DNA of 64,000 nt from Mobula hypostoma (taxonomy: Eukaryota). Below, piece by piece: positions 27,525-38,473 of the stretch. The stretch is from NCBI RefSeq assembly GCF_963921235.1, contig NC_086097.1:198154001-198218000 (forward strand). Direction: 5' to 3'. Both the position numbers and the translations under genes were made by a program. The notes below the pieces were generated by a model. That model was not told the origin of the DNA. It saw nothing but the letters and a program-made list of their open reading frames with translations, and made no database searches. The stretch's first letter is position 1; every line of letters starts with the position of its first letter.

Positions 27525-28621
27525 TCTATATACTACTAAAACTCTCATGCTCTGTCTGTTTGTCTGTTTGTGACCTCCAGTTAGCGCAAATGGTGCATTA
27601 CAGCGGCACTTTTTTCGGCTATATCAAATTAAAATGCGCTAACTTACAGGATGCAGGCAAAGTTCAGGGTTATATATTCGTAGAAAATAGCTCATTCCCC
27701 AAAAATCAACAGGCTGGCTTTCACCCGAGATCCGATCGGCCATCATGGAAATTGGGACGCGACAGCCCGACGCATGCACACGGCCAGCCTCAGCAGCGAC
27801 ACCTACCGGAGCAAAAGGGCAGGGCAGCTCTATTTCAAGGGGTCACATTCTGCTAATCACCATCAGCATGTGCAGGATTGGGACACTTCTAACTGCCACC
27901 CATCAATAAGAGATCATTAAATCTTATTGTAATGGCGTACTTCGAGACACCCATAAAACCCCCTGCTGCAGTCAAAGGACAACGGTGACTATATCACGTC
28001 CATTTAGGAGAGCGCCAGCCACTTCATCAAGAATAATCAGCACCCTTTGCTGTTACTGCTTCGTATCTTCTATCCAGCATTATGGTAAAAAAATGGTCAG
28101 CCTAATTATGCCGCTTGGAAAGGGAAGGGTGACGTTATGGTCAAGAGATGATGCCAAATGTCGTTGGGAAGCGGCAAGGAGAGGGAGAGAACAAGAATCG
28201 GATGAGGCCAGGGATGTTATACACCAGGATCAAAGAGTCAGGACAAAAAAAGATGAGAGAAGAAGAGACAGAGCAGGAGAGGCATGCACGTCTCCAGGAT
28301 CAGAGAGAAAGAATAAACAGCAAAAGAGATGAAGAGACGGGGGATGAAAGGGCTGCACATCTCCAGAATGACAACGAGAGGCACAAGGGTGGCAGATAAA
28401 CCAGAAATGATGCAATCAAAAGTGTCCTTCATTAAACGAGGAGCAGCTATATTTGCTTTGCTACGCGTCATTCTTCTTTAATAAACTGAGGTTTTCTACT
28501 TCAGTTCCCAAAGCAAAGCAATACCAATAGCGTTCAGGAAAATTTAATGTACATTCTGGTCACATCAGACTGCACTACCCTTCTCTCAAAGGGTGCCCCA
28601 GCGGGTCACCCCATTGTCTAG
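27525..28621 (+). mobile_element. Non-autonomous Helitron (1097 bp)
   Basis: Starts TCTATATACTACTAAAA after a host A and ends CTAG before a host T, with no TSD. GC-rich subterminal hairpin GGGTGCCC-CAGC-GGGTCACCC at 28591-28611 and a TCTG/TTTG microsatellite near the 5' end. Confidence 0.88.
28108..28399 (+). pseudogene. Helitron RepHel N-terminal remnant with 23-aa STPR-like repeats, frameshifted
   Basis: MPLGKGR...ESDEARDVIHQDQRVRTKK / MREE-ETEQERHARLQDQRERINSKRDE-ETGDERAAHLQNDNERH, with one frameshift in the A-run near 28245. Confidence 0.7.
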
Positions 28622-29587
28622 TAAGCACTGAAAATGTCTACTGAGCCATCCCCTATCAACAGTTCGGTAAATCAGACCATCAGCCTCTGGTCTTACATAT
28701 TGCATCCAAACAGATGCTGGAATAGAAGGATCCAGTACGGAAAATCAGACAGTGCTAGTCTGAGGAAGTAAATGAGCTTTTACGTGACTGTTTTGAGTCA
28801 GTAGCATAGTTCATGTTCAAAGATCCACAGTCCAGCTAGATGACTATGTCATCACTGTCACAAATGTTATCAGCAAGTTTTCTGAGGACTGTGTATCAAA
28901 GAGAAATCAGGGTGCTCCCAAACTGGAAGCTATGGATGAACTGGGATCTAGCGCTTACTGAAGTCTAGGATTACAGTGTTCAAATCAGGTGACTTTGAGC
29001 TTTACAAGAATTTGGGATATGACCTTTCTAATGCCATTAGAGATGCCAAAAGACAATACCTGTTTAAAATTGAGTCCCAGACCAGCTGTCAGTTGTGGGA
29101 AGACTTACATGCTAACTAGCTACAAAATGAGGCCAAGTAGCATTGCCAATAACAGCACATCCCTTTGTGATGATCCTAATGTGTTCTTTGTACGGTTTGC
29201 AAAGAAGGGTACTGGGATGTTACCACCCATCCCAACAGCCTACATTACACTTGAGCCTATTGTCACTTTTGTGAACATAAGATCAGTCTTCTGGAAAGTG
29301 AATCTGTGGAAAGCATTTGGTGCAGATAGTGTCCCAGGCCATGTGGTTAGTTCTTATGCAGATCAGCTGGCAGGAGTATTTTCAGACATTTTTAACCTCT
29401 CCCTTCTTCAATGTGATGTTCCCAACTTCCTAAAGAAGACTGGTATCATCCTAGTACCTAAGAAAAACAAAGTAACGTGCCTTAATGACTATATCCGGAC
29501 ATCCTCTATCAAGAAGTGCTTTGAGAGGTTGGTCATGGCACACTCTAGCTCCAGTCTTCCAGACAAACTCAACCCATTGCAATTTAG

Positions 29588-30242
29588 GGTCATAAAGAAA
29601 CCTTTGGTATGTTGGCCTTCATAAATCAAAGTACTGAGTACAGGAGATGGGATGTTATGCTGAAATTGTATACGACATTGGTGAGGCCCAATTTGACATA
29701 TTGTGAGCAGTTTTGGTCATCTACCTACAGGCAAGATGTAAATAAGGTTGAAAGAGTACAGAGAAAATTTACAAGGATGTTGCTAGGTCTGGAGGACCTG
29801 AGTTATAAGAAAAGATCGAATAAATCTGGTTCTTTATTCCTTGGAATGTAGAAGCTTGAGTGGAGCTTTGATGGAGGTACACCAAATTAAGAAGGGTATA
29901 GATAGGGTAAATGCAAGCAGTCTTTTTCCACTGAGGTTGGGTGGGACTACAACCAGAGGTCATGGATTAAGGGTGAAAGGTGAAAAGTTTATGGAGAACA
30001 TGAGCGGAAAACTTATTCACTTGGAAGGTTGTGTGAGTGTGGAACGGGCTGCCAGCACAAGTGGTGCATGCAAGCTCGATGTTATTGTTTAAGCAAAGTT
30101 TGGATAGGCACACCGATGGCAGCATTATGGAGGGCTGTGGTCTTGGTGAAAGTTGATATGAGAGCCAGGTTAAAAGGTCTCTGAGAGGCATGGACTAGAA
30201 GGGCCAAAGGGTCTACTTCTGTGTTGTACTTTTCTATGACTG
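29588..30242 (+). mobile_element. CR1 3' fragment
   Basis: VMLKLYTTLVRPNLTYCEQFWS...VERVQRKFTRML, followed by a TTCTATG tail. Confidence 0.85.
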
Positions 30243-33200
30243 TCTGTCTCCTAGACTCGATTAATGTAAATATATGCTTGATGGCTGACATTGACTTAAT
30301 GAAGAGAATGCCTATATGACTGACTTGGTATTTTATCATTTACTTACAATATTCATATTTGCTGATAAGTAAGATTTCTCTGACCATTTTTTGTAAATAT
30401 ATGGTGTATTTTTCTACAGATGCTGTTAGTTGCCTCATACCTCATACCAATGATGAAAATCCCTAGGTTGAAGAGTGAATGAGAGAAGCCTTTTAAATTA
30501 TGCAATCAGGTCCTTTCTTCATCTGGCAGTCAAGTAATCTTTCAAGCAGCCACCGCCATATTGCATTCAAGAGCAGGAATCTGTCTAATTTCTTGGCATT
30601 ATCTGACAATGGTTACTGGTGCTCTGTCTGGGGTCAATAAAATCAATGTACTGCAAATTAAAGCTGTAACATTCCCTATCTTTGGGTTCAGTGTTATACT
30701 ATTGCAAAGCATTGATCCATTTGAGAAAGAAAATTTCTCAATTTTATTCAGACAGTCATAGGGAATAACAAAGAAAATCTTTCAGCTGGATGCAATTCAT
30801 TTCTGAACTATCTTTCATATACTTTGCAGGAAAAAAAGTGATAATAAAGTTTATAGTGGTAATACTAGAATCATCATAATGCCATTGGATACTTGGGAAA
30901 GTAGAAACTGACAAATATAATGCCAATACTTACAGCAAATGGCAAAACTGGCATAGGGAACTATAGATAATAGCTCACTTCCATTCTATGTAAAGTAATA
31001 GAATCTATTGTCAGGATTAAACCTGTCAATCTGGCTGCTTGGCAGATGAGGAATCAAGAATAAAAAAATAAAAATGGTCCTGTCAAATTTAATGTATTTT
31101 CTGTACTGCCATGTTTCTTGGCTCCTGAAGGAAGCCTTCATGTGTACGTATGCTGCCAGTAAATATCAGGTCATTGTTATGCTTCATTAACTTAAATATC
31201 AGGACTGAAATATGCAAGATTCATTGCTTTGAACATGTTGACAAACTAGAAATGCCTCGTCCATAGCAATAAATTTCCAAGTCATGCGATTCATTTTAAT
31301 GGTCACGAAGAAAAAAATAAGGTGCTATTTCCAACACAAGGTTTTAATTTTTCATGAGTGGAAATTTGATCTCGGGGATGATATCAAAGTACTGTACAGA
31401 GAGATAATGGGTGCATAATTGTTGTTTAATTTATGCCTGGTTGACTCGATCAAGAACATGCACAAAATCCTTTCCACAATCTCATTAACATGATGTCAAT
31501 GATCAGTGATGCCGACTGCCCTATTTATTGTCTTTGCCCATTATCAAAAGTCCTCACTTCATAAGTGAGTAGTCATTGATTACTAAAACAACCCAGCATC
31601 ATTTAAAGGGAAGGGCTATTGTATGGTTGCATTTATTGAGTATTTTAATCTACAGTTTTTGCAGTTTACAGGAAGATATGACCAGACATTGGTAATGCTG
31701 AATACCTGGACTTTCCAGCACAGTTTTGAAGGAGTTAAAGGACAAGTCAGAAAGAAAGAAGTATCTATAGCCAACAGAGCCAAGGAGCCCACCAGGACCC
31801 ACTTTAATTAGGGAAGAGTAGACTCGGTAATTGAGGAAGACGTGTGGAGGAAGCCCTGTCGATGCTGTTGCAATGCTGCAAAAGTTTAATTTTCTCATGT
31901 GTCCAGGATCATTAAGTACATCATTGAGTCTGATCTCCTGTAAATTACACACTAACATTGAAAATTCCTCAGTACAAGATGCCATCTCTATCCCTTGAGG
32001 TTCCTTTCTATATTTCATATGATAATTATTCCTCCAAGTTTTCCACACACTTGTTACAGTCTGCAAATACTGCCAGCTACTGAATTATAATGGGAACATT
32101 ATGTTTCATCTAAACATTCAATAGAGGTGCAGGGTGGATTACATCCTTTAGGAAGTTTATTAATTCATTTCTGTGGAAGACTTCAGGCATAATCTGAGTT
32201 CTCTGTAGCAAACACACGTTTATGACTTCATGTGCAGGCATCTGCTCTTCTTGAAACCTGCCATGACTGCAGTACGTTCATGCCTGGTGGTTACCAAGTG
32301 CAGATCCCGTCAAATTCCAAGAATATTTCATGCTCTATGAATCATGCAATTTCATCTTCTGAGTTTGGATCTTCCTTGCAATTGGATCCTTGATTTCCTC
32401 ACCTGTAGACTCCAGTCAGTTGGAATTGTGACAACATATCCACAAACTCCATTAGCACAGGTGTACCACAGACTGTGTGCTTAGCCCCCTGCTCCACTCA
32501 TTTTACACCTCTGACTGTGTGGCTAAGCACAGCTCCAATGCCATATTTAAGTTGCTGATGACACCACTGTTGTAGTTCGAATCAAGAGTGGTGATGAATC
32601 AGCATATGTGAGGGAGATTGAAAATTGGGTTGAGTAGTGCCACAACAACAACCTCTCACTCAATATCAGCAAGACCAAGCAGCTGATTATTGACTTCAGG
32701 AGGAGGAAACTGGAAGTCAGTGAGCCAGTTCTCATCAGAGATCAGAGGCAGAGGTGGTCAGCATCTTTAAATTCCTCAGTGTTATTATTTCAGACAACTT
32801 GTCCTGGGCCCAGCACCTAAGCATGGCAGCACCCCTTCTTCCTTGGGAGTTTATGAAGATTCAGCATGATATCTAATTATTCGATAAACTTCTAGAAATG
32901 TCCATTGGAGAGTATATTCTCTGGCTGCATCACAGACTGGTACAGAAATACTAATGCTTGTGGTGACACACTTTCCAGCGCACATGAACCAGCTCACGAA
33001 ACACATGCGCCGGCAGAGATGCCAGCCCCAAAAGGGGGCCAGGCCATCTTCATCTGCAGGGGGAAAATCCCGCCTGGGGAAAGGGTTTGCGAATATGCAT
33101 TTCCCACAGCAGTCCCACCCGGGGAGGGCAGGAACGGGAAGGCTTTAAAGGAGGCCGCAAAGTTTGAATAAATCTCTTGTATCGCAACTCCAACTCACCG

Positions 33201-33284
33201 ACTACGAGTCGTTATTCTAGCGCTGTGTGTAGCACACCGCTACAATTGGTGACCCCGACGGCCCAAACGATATTTGGACCAGAG

Positions 33285-33989
33285 ATGACTGATGCTGCAT
33301 CTGTTCATGCAGTTTCGTTAAAACTGCCAAGCTTCTGGACACTGCGACTCCGCTTATGGTTCGAACAAGCAGAAGCCCAATTCCACATTCGTCAGATAAC
33401 CTCCGATTCCACTTGTTACTACTACGTGGTGAGCTCCCTCGACCAGGAGACAGCTGCACAAGTTGAGGAGTTTATACAGTCGCCCCCGGAGGACGGCAAA
33501 TACACAGCATTCAAAGCCCTGCTCATAAGGACTTTTGGACTCTTATGGCGCGAGCGAGCTGCCCGCTTACTGCACCTGGATGGTTTGGGAGACAGGCCGC
33601 CGTCAGCATTAATGAACGAGATGCTGACCCTGGCTGAAGGACACAAACCCTGCCTCATGTTTGAGCAGGCGTTCCTAGAGCAACTGCCCGAGGACATATG
33701 CCTGCTGCTGTCCAACACAGATTTCAGCGACCCCCAGGAGGTGGCGGCCCGGGCAGATGTGCTGTGGAATGCCAGGAAAGAGAGAGGGGCATCCGTCGCA
33801 CAGATCACCAAGCCCCGTGCCCAATGACAGACCAGACCAGGCCCGGCAGCAGAGCCTACAAAAGCCGGCGATGGGAGTGAGGAGCCCAATGAACAAAGGT
33901 GCTTCTACCACCAGCGGTGGGGCACAGAGGCCCGCCGCTGCAGACCGCCCTGCAAATTTCTGGGAAACGCCAGGGCCAGCCGCCGCTGA
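33285..33989 (+). pseudogene. gag of Gypsy C (premature TGA at 33825-33827)
   Basis: ATG at 33285. The same frame continues past the TGA through the CHCC knuckle to a TGA at 33987-33989. Confidence 0.85.
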
Positions 33990-34007
33990 TGGCTACGGCG
34001 GCTGGCC
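33962..34007 (+). promoter_or_regulatory. Putative programmed -1 ribosomal frameshift signal (gag-pol)
   Basis: Slippery heptamer G_GGA_AAC in the gag frame, a 5-nt spacer and a perfect 12-bp stem GGCCAGCCGCCG/CGGCGGCTGGCC. The -1 frame reads GKRQGQPPL into the protease. Confidence 0.8.
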
Positions 34008-37000
34008 ATCAGGACAGCCTCCTGTATGTCTGGGACAAGCAGTCGGGACGCCGCTTTTTAGTCGACACCGGAGCGGAGATCAGCGTTTTACCTCCAACAA
34101 GTTACGACACCCGCAACAGAGAACCGGGACCCACCCTGAGGGCCGCTAATGGCAGCACAATACAAACCTACGGCACCTGCACGGTGCGGCTACAGTTCAG
34201 CTCCAGCCGGTTCACGTGGGACTTCACACTGGCCGCCGTGGCCCAATCACTCCTGGGGGTGGATTTTCTACGAGCCCACAGCCTGCTGGTCGACCTGCAC
34301 TGGAAGCGACTAGTCCACGCCAAGACTTTTCAAACGTTCTCCCTGGGTGAAGCCAGGTTGCCAGCCCCACACCTGGACTCCATCACGCTGTCCGACGACG
34401 AATTCACCAGGGTCCTGGTGGATTTCCCATCAGTACTGACACCGCAGTTCACGGCAGCCAGGCCCAGACACGGAGTACAGCACCACATCCTGACCCAGGG
34501 ACCACCCCTCCACGCCCGTACTCGAAGGCTCCCCCTGGACAAGCTCCGACTGGGAAAGGAGGAATTCAAGAAGATGGAGGAATTGGAGATCATATGATGG
34601 TCCGACAGCCCATGGGCCTCCCTCCTACACATGGTGCCCAAGGCAACGGGGGGCTGGAGTCCATGTGGTGACTACTGCAGGCTGAATGAGGCTACAACGC
34701 CAGACCACTACCCTGTGCCACACATTCCAGACTTTGTAGCAAACATACACGGTGCAAGGATCTTTTCCAAGGCAGACCTCGTCCGGGGATATCATCAAAT
34801 CCCGGTATATCCGGACGACAGCTCCAAAACAGCAATCATCACCCCGTTCGGCCTTTTTGAATTCCTCCGAATGCCGCACAGATGTTCCAGCAGCTAATGG
34901 ATGCGGTGGGATGCGACCTGGACTTCGCATTCATCTATTTGGATGAACATCCTCATAGCCAGCAGTAGTTGTCAGGAGCATCTGTGTCACCTCCGTCAAC
35001 TCTACACCCAACTGAATGAATTCGGCCTTACAATCAACCCAGCCGAATGCCAGTTCGGACTCGACACCATCGACTTCCTGGGCCACAGGATTACTAAAGA
35101 TGGGGCAACCCCTCTGCCCGCCAAGGTAGACGCGGTCCGCCACTTCCCCCGACCCAACACAACCAAAGGCCTGCAGGAATTTGTGGGTATAGTGAATTTC
35201 TACCACCGTTTCCTCCCCTCAGCAGCCCGAATCATGCGCCCCCGTTCACCCTGATGTCGGGTACAGGCAAGGACATTACCTGGGATGAAGAGGCCACGGC
35301 CGCTTTGGTTAAAACCAAAGAAGCCTTGGCAAACGCCACGATGCTAATGCACGTTCCTACTGCCCTCACGGTGGACGCATCCAACACAGCAGTCGATGGA
35401 GTGCTGGAACAACACATCGAGGGTCGCTGGCAACCTCTGGCGTTCTTCAGCAAACACCTATGACCTATGACCACCCGAACTCAGATACAGTGCTTTGGAC
35501 CGGGAGCTATTGGCACTATACCTGGCAATCCGGCATTTCAGATACTTCTTAGAAGGTAGGCCCTTCACCGTGTTCACGGACCACAAACCGCCTACCTTTG
35601 CGTTCACTAAGGTGTCCGACCCCGGTCGTCCCGCCAACAGTGACATCTGTCCTACATCTCCGAATACATGACGGACATCCGGCATGTCTCGGGAAAGGAC
35701 AATGTCGTGGCGGACACACTATCCAGAACTACCATACAGGCCCTGTCCCAGGGGGTGGACTATGCGGCACTGGCGGAGGCACAGCAGGCAGACGCTGAGA
35801 TCCCCAGTTACAGAACTGTGGTCTCCGGTTTGCAGCTCCAAAACCTCCCCGTAGGCCCAGGTGAGAGGACCCTACTGTGTGACATAGCTACCGGCCAACC
35901 CCGCCCCGTCGTCCCAGCAGCCTTGGCGCCGGCAGGTTTTCGAGTCCATTCACAACTTAGCGCACCCCTCCATCAGGACAACTGTCTGGCTGGTCTCCAA
36001 CAGGTTCGTGTGGCATGGACTTCGTAAACAGGTCAGTGAATGGGCCAAAACGTGCATGCAGTGCCAAACGGCCAAGGTGCAGCGGCACACCAAGGCTCCG
36101 CCGAAGCAGTTCGAACCCACCTGCCGGAGGTTCGACCACATCCATGTGGGTATCGTGGGGCCCCTGCCAATGTCACGAGGAGCGCGGTACCTCCTAACTA
36201 TGATAGGCCGCTTCTCCAGGTGGCCAGAGGCGGTCCTGCTCACCGACACCACCTCCGAATCCTGTACCCGAGCACTGATCGCAAACTGGGTAGCCCGCTT
36301 CGGGGTACCAGCCCACATTACCTCCGACAGGGGCGCCCAGTTCACCTCCAGCCTGTGGTCAGCTATGGCCAGCCTTTTAGGATCGCAGCTACACCACACA
36401 ACTGCCTACCACCCACAGTTGAATGGACTAGAGGAGCGTTTCCACCGTCACCTGAAGTCGGTTCTCATGGCCCGCCTGGAAGGGCCTAACTAGGTGGACG
36501 AGCTTCCCTGGGTCCTGCTCGGAATCCGCACGGCGCCCAAGGAGGATCTGCACACCTCGTCAGCCCAGTTGGTGTATGGCACACCCCTGGTAGTCCCAGG
36601 AGAGTTCATACCAGCCCCAAGGGGGCAAGAGGAAGAACCCACAGCAGTCCTGGACAGACTACGTGAGAGGCTTGGTAACCTGGCCCCCATACCCACTTCA
36701 CAACATGGACAGAGCCCGACCTGTGTACCCAAAGGCCTGCAGAACTGTAAGTTTCTTTTTGTACGACAGGACGGACACCGGGCACCGCTACAGTGGCCCT
36801 ACGGGGGGCCGTTTAAGGTGATCAGTAACAACGGGTCCACGTTCGTGCTAGACATTGGGGGGAGAGAGGAGGTTTTCACGGTGGACCGACTCAAACCGGC
36901 CCATGTGGACTTGGCACAACCGGTCCAGGCTCAGGCATCGTGGCGCAGGGGCAGACCTCCCAAACAGAGGCCGATCCAGACTGTGGACATTGGGGGATGT

Positions 37001-37031
37001 ATCGCTGGTTCTGCGGGGGGGGGGCGGGTTA
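33962..37031 (+). pseudogene. pol of Gypsy C (PR-RT-RH-IN) with several stops and frameshifts
   Basis: ORF fragments 33899-34597, 34631-34897, 34901-35254, 35254-35463, 35668-36027, 36008-36493 and 36494 onward carry the consecutive domains. Confidence 0.9.
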
Positions 37032-37290
37032 TGTGGCGACCCACTTTCCAGCGCACACAAACCGGCTCACGAAACAGCGTGCGCCGGAGGCCGGCCCCAA
37101 AAAGGGCTCCAGGCCATCTTCACCAGCAGGGGGAAAATCCCATGCATGGAAAGGGTCTGCGAATATGCATTCCCCATAGCAGTCCCGCCCGGGGAGGGCG
37201 GGAACGGGAAGCCTTTAAAGGAGGCCGCGAAGTTTGAATAAATCTCTTGTATTGCAACTTTAACTCACCGACTACGTGTGTTTATTTTAC

Positions 37291-38473
37291 AGTCATAGTC
37301 ATATTTTATTAATCCCGGGGGAAATTGGTTTTCGTCACAGTTGCTCCATAAATAATAAATAGTAATAGAACCATAAAGTTAAATAATAATATGTAAATTA
37401 TGCCAGTAAATTATGAAATAAGTCCAGGACCAGCCTATTGGCTCAGGATGTCTGACCCTCCAAGGGAGGAGTTGTAAAGTTTGATGGCCACAGGCAGGAA
37501 TGGCTTCCTATGACGCTCTGTACTGCATCTCGGTGGGATGAGTCTCTGGCTGAATGTACTCCTGTGCCCACCCAGTATATTATGTCGTGGATGGGAGACA
37601 TTGACCAAGATGGCATGCAACTTAGACAGCATCCTCTTTTCAGACACCACCATGACAGAGTCCAGTTCCATCCCCACAACATCACTGGCCTTACGAATCA
37701 GTTTATTGATTCTGTTGGTGTCTGCCACCCTCAGCCTGCTGCCCCAGCACACAACAGCAAACATGATAGCACTGGCCACCACAGACTCGTAGAACATCTT
37801 CAGTATCGTCCAGCAGATGTTAATGGACCTCAGCTTCCTCAGGAAATAGAGACGGCTCTGGCCCTTCTTGTAGACAGCCTCAGTGTTCTTTGACCAGTCC
37901 AGTTTATTGTCAATTCGTATCCCCAGGTGCTTGTAATCCTCCACCATGTCCACACTGACCCCCTGGATGGCTGGATGGAAACAGGGGTCACTGGTACCTT
38001 AGCTCTGCTCAGGTCTACCACCAGCTCCTTAGTCTTTTTCACATTAAGCTGCAGATAATTCTGCTCACACCATGTGACAAAGTTTCCTACCGTAGCCCTG
38101 TACTCAGCCTCATCTCCCTTGCTGATGCATCCAACTATGGTAGAGTCATCCGAAAACTTCTGAAGATGACAAGACTCTGTGCAGTAGTTGAAGTCCGAGG
38201 TGTAAATGGTGAAGAGAAAGGGAGACAAGACAGTCCCCTGTGGAGTCCCAGTGCTGCTGATCACTCTGTCGGACACACAGTGTTGCAAGCACACGTACTG
38301 TGGTCTGCCAGTCAGGTAATCAAGAATCCATGATACCAGGAAAGCATCCACCTGCATCGCTGTCAGCTTCTCCCCCAGCAGAGCAGGGCAGATGGTGTTG
38401 AACACACTGGAGAAGTCAAAAAACATGACCGTCACAGTGCTCGCAGGCTTGTCCAGGTGGGCGTAGACACAGT
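37291..38473 (-). mobile_element. Rex1/Babar LINE 3' fragment (copy 2) inside the 3' LTR of Gypsy C
   Basis: FFDFSSVFNTI, GTPQGTVLSPFLF, KFSDDSTIVG and LQLNVKKTKELVVD motifs; TATGAC tail; LTR sequence resumes at about 38480. Confidence 0.92.

Larger units (their letters stand above)
27395..29587 (+). mobile_element. Rex1/Babar LINE internal fragment (endonuclease end to RT start), split by the Helitron
   Basis: IIIACDFYQVNFKRVLP, KAFGADSVPG, ADQLAGVFSDIFNLSL, LVPKK and KCFERLV motifs. Confidence 0.8.

Noticed and set aside
31650..32066. 138-aa minus-strand ORF in unique sequence
   Set aside because: Non-ATG start, no recognisable motif and no convincing splice-site pair.
32905..33171. ORF similar to the end of ORF 36855..37241, suggesting a duplicated gene
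   Set aside because: The similarity is simply the two LTRs of Gypsy C.
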